A stretch of DNA of 32,000 bases, taken from positions 352,592 through 384,591 of the forward strand of contig NW_008806278.1 of NCBI RefSeq assembly GCF_000400465.1. The letters run 5' to 3'. Source of the DNA: Wallemia ichthyophaga EXF-994 (lineage: Eukaryota; Fungi; Basidiomycota). This document shows, one piece after another, positions 10,333 through 21,200 of this stretch. Within the stretch, counting starts at the first letter, position 1. The number at the start of each line of letters is the position of its first letter. A program made the translations under genes and the position numbers. The notes under the pieces are model-generated. The model was not told the DNA's origin and made no database searches. It saw nothing but the letters and a program-made list of their open reading frames with translations.

Positions 10333-12393
10333 ATGACAGCATTTTCTCAGAGTGAGGAGTAGGCACATCGAATAGCAAGACACTAACGCACGCAGCCAAA
10401 ACACACCCAATAAATCCATTTAGCGAGAGAGGTAGAGCGACAAAGCTCAGCGTGGATGTGAAAGGGGAGAAGCTTGTATATGGCAATGGGCGATCAGTTG
10501 TGATTAGAGACTTAGGAAATCCATCCGATTCATTCATCTACCAAGGCCACATCCACCCAATTACAGTTGCGCGTATTTCACCCTCTGGTTTCTACTGCGC
10601 ATCCGCCGACACTTCTGGCACTGTCCGCGTCTGGGATTTGGTTGGTGAGGATCACGTCCTCAAGACTGAAATACGCGCTACAACTGGCCCCATTGCTGAT
10701 CTCGATTGGGATGGAGAATCACAGCGAATCATCGCTGTTGGCTCAGGCCGTGAGAGTACTGGACGTGCTTTCTTGATGGACAGCGGTTCGAGCTGTGGTG
10801 AAATATCTGGCCATTCTAAACCCGCTAATGCAGTAACGATGCGCTCTAAACGCCCCTTCCGCGCTCTCACTGCTTCTGATGACACAACGCTAGTATTTTA
10901 CACAGGCACGCCATATAAACTAAACAAAACGCTCAAATCTCACTCCAAATTCGTTCAGGATGTCCGCTTTTCTCCTGATGATAAGGTCTGCGTCAGCGTG
11001 GGGTCTGATGGTGCCTTTGTCGTGTATGACGGTAACACAGGCGACGTAATCCACGAAGCGCGCTCTGCACATGCTGGATCAGTCTATGGTATAGCATGGG
11101 AGAGCAGCTCGAACAGATTCGCTACAGCCTCCGCTGACAGAACGGTCAAGGTGTGGTGTGCACATACCTTCAAGCAGCTCTTGTCATACGAGGTCGGCAA
11201 AGATATTGGCAGTCAGCAAGTGGGGATAGTGTGGCCGTCAAATGCTGATGGTAAGGGTAACAACGTCATTTCAATCGGTGTGGATGGCACTCTGAATGTG
11301 ATTGATGTGGATCAAGAAAAGCAAGAAAAAGACGATAATCACACTAGTCATACTCATATTCACGGCCCTACCCGTGCCATCACTGCTTTTGCCCAGTCTG
11401 CAGATAAGAACCTTCTCACCGGCTCATTCGACGGCAACTTGCGCTCATTCAAGGGAGATACCGGCGAGTGTGCCGCCGTTCGTGGTAGCACTGGCAAATG
11501 TGTAACAAAGCTGTGTACTAGAGGAATTGTGCAAGATCCCGCTGTTGACGTTGGTGCACTTATGATCGGGTTCGATGACAACCTGCGCGCAATCAACACC
11601 AATTTCACCCATACAACACCCCTCAATGTCCCTCTCACCGCTTTCGCCAAGGGTCTCACAGCGAATGGTACGCATGCGCTGGTGACGTGTGTTAATGGAG
11701 CGATTGACGTTATAGCGTATGCGCAGGCTTTGCATTCGCCTGCGCAGGAGAACGTCAAGAAAACAACAAACATCAATTACGTACCTTCCGCTATAGCACT
11801 TGATGGCGATCTTGTCGCTATAGGTGATGAAACTGGCAGAGTGCATCTGGTTCAATTCGATAAACACACAGGCAAGCTAGGTGATGAAGTGAGAGTGGTA
11901 GAAAGAGGCAGGACGGAAATAACCACAATTTCGTTCTCCCCTGACGGAAAATTGATCGCTGTTGGAGAGGTGAGTAGTGGTTGAGCACATGTCTCACATG
12001 TCTAGCATTTCTAACAGCTCAACTCCCACAGAACAGCGGAAAAATTGTCGTTTATACGCGTGATGGCGAATTGTGCACTAGTGCATGGGCTTTCCATACG
12101 GCACGTGTCACCGGTGTGGAGTGGACAAGCGATTCAAAGGTCGCGATGAGTACTTCACTGTGAGTTGAGTGCGTTGGCTGGTCTGTAGCAGTGCTTACTA
12201 AACACACCAAAGCGATACCAACGTATACCTCTACTCAGTGCACAAGCCATCACGTAATCTTTCACTCAAAAACGTCGCCGCCGGTGGCGTCGTTGGTGGT
12301 GTGTGGACTGTCGACGCTCAGTCTATCGCTGTCGCAGGCTCTGATGGCAATATACGCACCTTCAATGTCGATTTGAGCATTTTGAGTGATTGA
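10333..12393 (+). CDS. AIP1: Actin-interacting protein 1 (Aip1/WDR1), double WD40 propeller; introns 10352-10395, 11970-12031, 12160-12212
   Basis: Spliced N-terminus ...NPFSERGRATKL...LVYGNGRSVVIRDL, ARISPSGFYCASADTSGTVRVWD, GEISGHSKPANAV, RPFRALTASDD, AWAFHTARV are characteristic of Aip1. Stop TGA 12391-12393. Confidence 0.92.
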
Positions 12394-12497
12394 GACGGTA
12401 TGCAAGATTGATGATATATGCAAAAAGACGACTAAATGATATCTGATTTCCAATACATGAGTAAATAAATATAACACACTTAATTAGTGAAAAAAAG

Positions 12498-14092
12498 TCA
12501 AATCCTAAATCGCAGCGTCGCAGAAGCACCTTTCCTGTCAAGTTGGAGGAGGCGTTTACCGACAAGGGCGTAGATGGACTTGGTGGTGAGCTCAGCAGGC
12601 CATCCTCTCTGATTGACGAGATGAGCGAGGTGGTCTTTAGCATCCTGCATAGGTAGTCGATTTGCAGGTGTGATGAGAAGCTTGAGTAGCAGTGCTGCAC
12701 TTGCTGCCGTCTGCGGACTCAAACTGTTAGTTTCCTTGGTGAGTGAGGATGTGATGCTGAGGAGGGAGTGTGTGGGTGAATTACTGGGGTTGCTGCCGTC
12801 CACATGCGCAGCTGGAACACTATCCACTGTCACCTGGAGCATATGTAGCATCTGCGCGAGATCCGGTTTGCCTCCATTGGTGGATGGTGTTCTTATCGCT
12901 TCGCCAAAACCATCCCAAATCAAATTCTGTGGATGTGTGAGTATATGTGTTTTTCCTTTTGAATAAAGTAACCCACTATCGCAGCTTCTACCTCTGGTGT
13001 GAGTTCAATGTGTTGAGTTTGTTGGGTGGGTGGTGGTGCGGGTGTGGATGTTTGTGATTTGTGTTTGGGAGTGTGTGTTGGAGTTTGTGTATTTGATTTT
13101 TCGTGTTTAGTTGTGTCTGCAGGTGTGTCTGTAGGTGTGGTAGAGTGCTTTGTTGTAGTTGGTATGGTAGAGCGATTTGTTATAGTTGGTACATTCTTTG
13201 TCTCGATTGGAGTATCCATTTGAGAGAGTATATCATCATTTGCAGCTGCTGCACCATCAGGGATTGGAGTTGATGGAACTAAATTCATTTGCGGTGTATT
13301 ACCAAGGAGAGTTGAAGTGTTGAGTGTCTCCTCACCACCCAAATTGAAAGAATCATCATCTTTTGGTATGGATTTGAATAAGTCTTGCTCTCTACGAACA
13401 GTTGCAAGTTTTGGTTTACGTGGAGTATTATTACGACGTTGAATATCTTTCAATTGACGTAAAGGAAGTTGGATTGGAGTTAGAGGTTGTTTGTTATGTG
13501 AATGTGAATGAAATTGAGACTTCTTTTCGTTCAAAGATGATTGTAAGAAATCTTTACGATCTTTGATAGCAGATAGGTGAGATTCAAGGTTTCTAACGTG
13601 AGTTGATTGAACTTTGATTAGTTCTTCGGTGTTAGAATCATTTGGAGTTTCAATATCAGATTTAAACTCATCTGTATCCAAATTACTATCCAAAGGTGAT
13701 TGAATAACACGCTGATATTTGTTAATCCCCGTGTTTGTCTCCTCAACAAGCACTTTTAGATTATTTATATGATTAATAGTACGTGGAAGTTGCTTATAAT
13801 CATTTATTATCTTTATAGCAGCGTCTAATAGAGTATTTATATCAATATCCATTTCATTGTCTAGTTTATTATGATTGGTTGGATTTAAAGTGAGTAGATT
13901 CTTATCATTCGCCTTATCATCATCACCACCACCAAATAACCTCACCTCACTTTCCTCACCATCCCTCAAATAATCTAAAATATCAATATCCCCTAACGCA
14001 GCTTTAACAGGATAACTCGAATGTCCTGGATTTCTCTTTAAGCTTAAAATTGAATCAGATTGATTGGATATTCTATTTAATATTTCTTCCAT
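12498..14092 (-). CDS. SPC34: DASH/Dam1 complex subunit Spc34-like with long C-terminal extension; complement(join(12498..12926,12977..14092)), 514 aa
   Basis: N-terminus MEEILNRISNQSDSILSL...DIDILDYLRDGEESEVRLF and DINTLLDAAIKIINDY resemble fungal Spc34 (remembered pattern LEQISLS..I..L...DITALIRDTE.HERALF; DVE.LL.GA.KL..VY), followed by a coiled coil. A 50-nt GTGGGT..CAG intron joins the two track ORFs in frame. Confidence 0.7.
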
Positions 14093-14126
14093 TTCACGCG
14101 TCTTTGACGTTTACTATCAACACGCG
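14093..14126. promoter_or_regulatory. 34-bp spacer between divergent start codons, with ACGCGT (14096-14101) and ACGCGA (14122-14127) MCB-like motifs
   Basis: CAT at 14090-14092 and ATG at 14127-14129; motifs read directly. ACGCG is also common elsewhere in the window. Confidence 0.45.
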
Positions 14127-15179
14127 ATGGATTTCATAAAGAGTAGTCAATCAATTTTAGATGAAAAGCGCGACTTATATTTTGATTCAATATTAAAACA
14201 CAATGATTCGCAGGACACGCAGGATACATCAACAGACACCTCAACTACACCTTCACTGCCTAGTAATCCACTCCACTATGGCTCTGAACTTTCTCAATCT
14301 ATTGACTTCTTTGGTAAACTCAAATTCAAATTCGTTGAACAACAAACAAAGGAGAATTTTCTAAAATCAATTTTGTCCTCACAACCACCACTCATCACTC
14401 CAGAAGATAATAGCACATTGGAAGATTCAAATAAGAATGACAAGTTGTCTTTAAAACAGGCTAAACAAGAAGCAGATGATAAGACCATCAAACTCAACCA
14501 ACTCGTTGACTTTGTTGACAATCAACACTCTCTTTACACCCAAGACATTTCCACAACAACAACTCTCCTTAATGATATTCAACAAATTCAATTGGAGTTG
14601 GCTAAGTTACGCGCTACTCACCCACCAGAACAACGCCTCACTCCTTCTGTCGCACAAGAAATCCTCGATGATCAAATCATTGAAATGCAAAATTTATCCG
14701 ATATCAAACAAAATCAATCCATAGAACGTTCTAATCTAACACAGCAAATCAAATCCCTTTCCACACAAGATGAACGCTTACAATCTGACTTATCCGCCGC
14801 TAAAAGAATGGGAATTGATGCAAAACGCGCAAAGGAGCATGTCCAAGATGGCATTGAAGATTTAAATAGCTGGTTAGACACTGCAACCAAGGTCTATTCA
14901 AGTCTCATTGGTATCCTCGACGTACACACACCCGAACCTGCTACTCTGCAGATTGACTATGATGCCCGCAAAAATCTAGATGGAAAGTTTAACCCAGAAA
15001 CACACCCTAAATGTACCCTCAAACTACATTTCAATCCACAATCTAGGAGATTTATAAGTGCACAGCTAATCAACCCTCCACCCTCCATCAACCTAGACGA
15101 TGTCATACAAGCTGCAGAACTTCACGCTTCTCCTCCCCGACTCATCCAACATCTATTACATAGACTAAGAACGCAGTGA
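14127..15179 (+). CDS. SOS7: Kinetochore Knl1/Spc7-binding protein Sos7/Kre28-like, intronless, 350 aa from ATG 14127
   Basis: FFGKLKFKFVEQQTKENFLKSILSSQPPLITPEDNSTLE matches the remembered Sos7/Kre28 core (F.KL.F.Y.EQ.TKE.FL..I...PP..V....N..LE), followed by a long coiled coil and an RWD-like C-terminus. The track start at 14064 is a TTG overlapping SPC34. Confidence 0.75.
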   Translation: MDFIKSSQSILDEKRDLYFDSILKHNDSQDTQDTSTDTSTTPSLPSNPLHYGSELSQSIDFFGKLKFKFVEQQTKENFLKSILSSQPPLITPEDNSTLEDSNKNDKLSLKQAKQEADDKTIKLNQLVDFVDNQHSLYTQDISTTTTLLNDIQQIQLELAKLRATHPPEQRLTPSVAQEILDDQIIEMQNLSDIKQNQSIERSNLTQQIKSLSTQDERLQSDLSAAKRMGIDAKRAKEHVQDGIEDLNSWLDTATKVYSSLIGILDVHTPEPATLQIDYDARKNLDGKFNPETHPKCTLKLHFNPQSRRFISAQLINPPPSINLDDVIQAAELHASPPRLIQHLLHRLRTQ

Positions 15180-15299
15180 GTGAGTGTGCAACATGTGCTC
15201 GTTTTTTGTATTACATAGTGTAAAGTTATCGTAAAATAAATGCATTTGTCACTTAACATAATAAATATCTATAAATTATCATCTATATTTAATACTACC

Positions 15300-18200
15300 C
15301 TAAATCGTTCTCTTTTGTGATCTATGACGCGTCAGATAATCATACCACCTCAACAACCCTATACTCACGCAAAGTGATTATTCTTCCTCTTCTTAGAATC
15401 CACCTTGGATGCAGACCGCTTGCTCTTCTGATGAGCAGCCAGTTGAGGATTCCTGACCATCTGTATGTCATCGTTAGATAAACCTTTATCGCAAACACTC
15501 CACACCCACATTCTGCTTGCGTACTGTCTTTCGCTCGTCTCTAACAGCCACCATGCGCTGCCTAATACCCTGATAAACGCGCAGATAGAGCGTGTTGTCT
15601 AACTTGGTTTGCAGCATATTCATTACCTCCTGGGCCAAATTCTGCAGCTCTTCCAACTGCGCATCTCTCTTGAAATTCTCTTCCCCAGTGATTCTGACAA
15701 GAGGGTGAAGTATCTGATACATGTACCCTGTCAACCGATCTTTATCCAGTGTGTTTACCATGTATCCCATCCAATGGCAGATGAAAGTGGGTTGCATGAT
15801 CCACAATTTCTTGTCTTGCACATTGTCCTCGAATGAGCGTTTGAAGAATGACAACCTGGCTTGGAAGGACAGTTTACGGAAGAGCCAGCCGAGTGGGTCG
15901 CGCCTCCAACTCTCCTCCGCCTTTTCTACCTCCTCCTCTTTCTTCCCATCCTCATCGTCATCCTCCTCTTTCTCACCCTCTTCAGCTGCCTTGACAGCCT
16001 TTTCTCCATTCCCATCCTCATTTTCCACGGACACACCAGCGAAACATCTGGAAATAAAGATGAGGTTTTTCACAACCTGGTGCGCCATGTCATTGTCCAG
16101 ATGCTTCGACCGGAGCTCGTATGAGAATTTTCTACTCAGCTCGACTAGTCCTTCGAGCGACAACATGCCGCCCGTTCCCAGTTTAGGTGTGTAAGGCTGT
16201 GTGATTGTGAAAAGGGCACTAACCAGCTTTGCTGACTGGGAGCGCACCCACACATGCTGATAATTGAGACTATTCACGACAGCAGCCCACTCTACATAAT
16301 CCACCGCGTGAGGGTATGTGTTGATTACCTTGATTATGGCGTTGAGGGTGTGGTACAGCACTTGCCATTCATCCACCCCAATTAACCGCATCAAATCTGT
16401 AATTATTCCGTTCACATAACCCTTTCCGTTACCTTTCTCGATCGACTCAACAAAGATACCGGCGAGCTGCGCAGATAGCATCTGCAAACTAGGTTGAGCA
16501 TCCTGAGTAGACCAGCTGTGCATCATAGCCACCACCTTGTTTCTTTCATCTTTATCGTAAATCGATAGCAGGCTCTTGATTAGTGCATTGGCGCTCTCCT
16601 TGCACACGGCTGAATCATCATTGGCAAGTACCATCACTAGTCCTAGAAAAACGATATCCGAATTCTTCCTCAAATTCTCTTGATCGAATTTCTGAATAAT
16701 AACCGAAAGCAATTCCATTACTGACAATCTCCCCGACTCATACACGTAGCTGAGATTCTTGGCTAGGAAGTCGAACACCTTCTTAATGCGCGCCTTGCCT
16801 TGTGGATAATCGAGCAAGAATTGTAAATAAATATTCCGGCATTGATCTCTGACGTGGGAAGACTGATTAGTGACCATAACCTCAGCCACGCGCTCCATCA
16901 TTTCGTATATCTCCGGCACGATCAGCTTCCTGTTAACGATGGCTTTAAGGAGAATGAATAACGTGTGCTGGCGGTCATGTTCCTCGAGATCGGGCTTAAT
17001 GAGGTTGAGTAGATGCTTAAGCTCCTCCTCCTTGATCGTAGCATTCTTCACTTCACGCAGCAATACTGCAAGAGTGCGCAGCGTAGTTTGTGCGAGTCTG
17101 TTGGACAAATTAGTTTCAATCATCTACTTTCGATTAAGTCCACTACCCACTCTGATTGTGTTCCCCCGCAATCGTCCAACAATGCAAAAATCCGCTTGAT
17201 GAACACACCCAAGCTATTCTCAATCGACGGCAGCGGCGCCCTCGCTACATTGGCAGTGGCCTTCAAGCCCAAAACGACAGTATCCGTGTTGGACGTATAG
17301 AGCACATTACCCACTGCGCTCACAAGCGGATCGAGACGCGCGAGATGCTCTCCACTCTTAAAGTCAAATTGTGAACGTTTAAAAGACGTGTTGAAGAGAT
17401 CTAAACCTAGATTGATAAATTTGTGCGAGTTCTGTTCAAAGTAGTTGCGCTCTTCACGAATATCCCGCTTCAGCTGCACTACCGCACCTTGTTTAACATT
17501 CTCCCGCTTCCTATTCTTCTTCTCGGACGGTGTGGCGAATTTGCTCTTTTGAGCGATGAGACTGTAGCACAGCGAGAGAACGTCCGTTGGTTGGAATTGC
17601 GCGTTGGATATAACGCCCAAGCTAATTCTGCGAAGTACTTCATCAACTGACGCAATAGTCTTCTGGTTTGCCGACACAGTGATCATATCGCGAATGGGCA
17701 GCAACAGCACTGGCATCTTACTTGGTGAGCAAAGCCTGGCGAGGATCTGATACGTGTCGAGTGACTTGTTCTTGGCTGACTTAACCTCCTTCGTCTGTGT
17801 CTTCCATTCCTCGTTCTGCGCATCTTTCGCTGAGCGCCCAAATATTGTTTCTGTGATAATCGACACTATGTCCTGTGAGACCAGATCGAGATTATCATAC
17901 CGACCAGCCTCAGAACCAATGAGGTGAACAATGACCGAATGTACAGTGTACGACAACACATGCAGCTGAGCACCACGCGTAAGTGCCTCCTTAAGAGCGG
18001 AAATAATGGATGGGAGATAGTCTGGCCCAACTATTGTGCTGATCCTGCACAAAACCTCTCTTGCCAGCACACGCGTATCGCTGTCCTTACTTTTGAACAC
18101 CTGAGCAAGGACAGTAATTAACCTGTTTACTTCCATCTCTTTCACCTCGGCAGGCAGAAAGAGAGCGACGCGCACGTAACCAGCTGCAATCGGGATACGG

Positions 18201-21200
18201 ATGCTCGCTTCCGTCTCATCCTTCTGCTCGAGATATTTAAGGAGAAGAGGGAGGAGTCTGTTAGTGACTGCGTCAGAAACCTTAGCCGCACTAGCTTGCT
18301 GTGGAGGTGCATCTTCGTCATCACTCTCATTCTCCTCATCATTCTCCTCATAGTCGCCACTGACTTCTTCCGACATGCTGAAATGGAAGTGCTCAAGAAC
18401 GCTCATAGTAGCTCTGATGTACACTTTTTCGTTGGCGTCCTTGGCTTTGGCGAGCTTGAGATATGAGCGAACGAGATTGTTGTAAGCACTCCACCCCAGT
18501 CTGCTCGAGCATGCACCGAGAGCTTTGATAGCCTCGGTGGTGAGATTGTGATCTTTCTTCTCCGTGGCGCCAGAGACCTGAAATGAGTGTTAGTTGAGCA
18601 CATCGTGAAGCGATCAACACGCACGAAATGGCCAACAATCGGTATGAACACCTTCACAAGCGCATCATTTGGTAATTTTCCCTGCATTGCAAAGTCGCCG
18701 AGACGCTGCAGAGCTCTGCTTCTTCTGTGCAGCTGCACGTGATGAATGTTGTTAAAAAAGTTGGCCTCCTCGTCGCCCTCCATCAGCAAAGGACGCATTT
18801 GCGTGAAAGTGTCCATTTTGTCGCACACAAAGACGGCCTTAGCGATGACAGAGAGTACCTCGACACGCACTAGCTCGTGTCTGGATTTGAGAATCCTACG
18901 CAGGCCGGGGTAGAGCATCCTTAGAAGCAGCTCCTCCAGCTCGTCGCCACCCTTATCACCAACAACATGCACAAACACTTTCATGACATTAGAAGCTGAG
19001 GACCTTATAGACATCTCTTCAGGATCGCCTATGAAATAGAGCATATTGTGCAAAACAACAGACCAATCTCTGCCTTGTAACCCTCCACTCTCACTTTCGA
19101 GCGCTGCAAACGCAGCCAAACGTCTATCGAAATCTGGCTCGCCGATACGTTTGCTTGACCAGCTGTTGAGACTAGTAACAAGGTCGAAAGTGCGCATAAA
19201 AGACGTGTCAACCAAGCTAAACACGCCCATAATCTTGACCAACTCATCCCTAGCTGGTCGCGATCTGAGGAGTGAAAAGAGTGAAGCGAACAGACCGAAG
19301 TTCCTCGTATGGAAAAGTGAAGTAGGGTCTTGAAATTCTGGGACAAGTTTCAACAGTTCCGCATAAATAGATAGCAACTCCGTCTTGATCTTCTCATTCA
19401 CAACTTTGTAAGACTGTCTGAGGAGCGGTTGCAGCAAATCCAGCACTCTCCTAGCTTGATCTTGATCATGCACATACTTGGCGATATGAGACAATATTCC
19501 TATTTGACGCTTCGATATGTCGTCACGCACACCGCTGTTACCGAACTTGTCAAACCTGTCAGTGAGGCACACCAACAGATGGTGTACGTTAGGTTTGAGA
19601 ATCTCCTCCCTCACGACCGTTCTCAACGCCCTGCTTTCATCCGTCTCGTCTCCCACCTCATCTGAAGCGGACACCTCGATCAAATTATCGACTATATCGA
19701 ACACTCGCAATACAACAGCAGGTTTGACGTTGTTTGCAGTGATAATCGAGAAGGCTTGAGGTAGCAGTCTGCTGTCGTACTTCTGCAAAGACGGAATATA
19801 CGCAGCGGAGTCTGACCAAACAGCAAACAGCTCTAACAACGATGAGGGTGCCTGGGTGTTTTCGACAGCGAGCAGCTTCAATCTCGGCGAGATAAACGAT
19901 TTGAATGCAGATTTGAGATAAGGATCAAAATCGAATTCGATAGACGGGACGCGGAAGAAGTCTCCCAACCTTTTAAGACCCAGCAGTCTAACATTACGCA
20001 AGGGTGTGTGATGCGCCACCTGGCTATCCACGCCCACTACATCCACGTCCATATCAGATTCCTTATGCGCAGCTATCCGTCTGTGGGCGTCGTGCGTCAA
20101 CTCCAAGGTCAATCCAAGCAGAGTGGGCCAATAGGCGATGAGCGATTTGCCCATATATTTGAGCAGGTCTTCAAGGAGACTTAGGAAACCGATTTGACGT
20201 TTACCAGCTGGCGGGGCGTCCAGATCTTTAAGCTGCAACTCTTCACCTACGGCAGGAATTGCATTCTGGAGGGAGCTTGTCATGAGTTTAATGAGCGTGC
20301 TGAGCTCCTCTGGGAGACATTCGCTCAAAGCGGTTAGAACAGCCACTCTACGAACACCAGCACCCTGATTACCCGAGCTCCTTCCTTTGCGCCACGTCAT
20401 AACACCATAGAGCATTCTAATAACGATCGGAATAAGCCCCGCTCGATGACTAGGACTAATAGCACTCGACTCGATATTAAGCGGGAGGTTAGTCAGCTCG
20501 TCCCTAAATGTACCCTCCTTCAGGAGATTCTTGAGTGTTTCCTCGTACGCATTCACTGAAAGATCCTTCCATGTCAGGATGCAATTGAGAGCGTGACCCT
20601 GTATACCTGCATCACCTTTGCTGAGGTATTCGAGGAAGAGGGCGTGCATATCTCCCGCACGATACATAGCTTTGGGGTTGTTGAACGCCGAATAGAGCTT
20701 CAGCCACGCACTCAGACGGCTTCTAAGCATTTTGAGCGACTGATGCTCTTTCTCATCGTCGTCGTCCAGTTCCTCACTCCTGTCAGCGAAGCGCAAGAAA
20801 AGGACGTTGAGAGTTTTAGTGTTGCGCTCAGCAACACCGACACATTTGGTGAGAGTTTCAAGCAGCAACTCCTCGTAGTTGTTGATATCAAATCGATTGA
20901 GCGATTTTTGAGCCTGTCTCGAAGATTAGATTATTTAATGGATAACACATAAACTCACCTCCGCCGCTCTCCTTAGAGGTTTGCTGAGATCATTGAATGC
21001 ATTCTCAAGTCCCCTGTCCCATTTATCGAGATTGGTACATCTGAAATGATTATCATCAGTGACGTAGTCGCCCGCTATGAGTACACCCCGGTCACTCCTC
21101 TTGAAAGCTTGGTCACTGAGCATCCAAATAGGCGCCTGCGCACTCGCATTGCTTCTCTGAGATGCACCTACTGCGTATTCCAACTCTGGGAGAAAGATAG

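Noticed and set aside
14064-14126. Track start of the Sos7-like ORF at TTG 14064 overlapping SPC34
   Set aside because: Non-ATG start in a eukaryote; the first in-frame ATG is 14127.
9577-20952. Numerous 60-160 aa antisense/alternate-frame ORFs (e.g. 9577-9936, 11360-11867, 15721-16194, 19029-19346, 20593-20952)
   Set aside because: They lie within well-supported genes, often start at TTG/GTG and carry no domain motifs: shadow ORFs.
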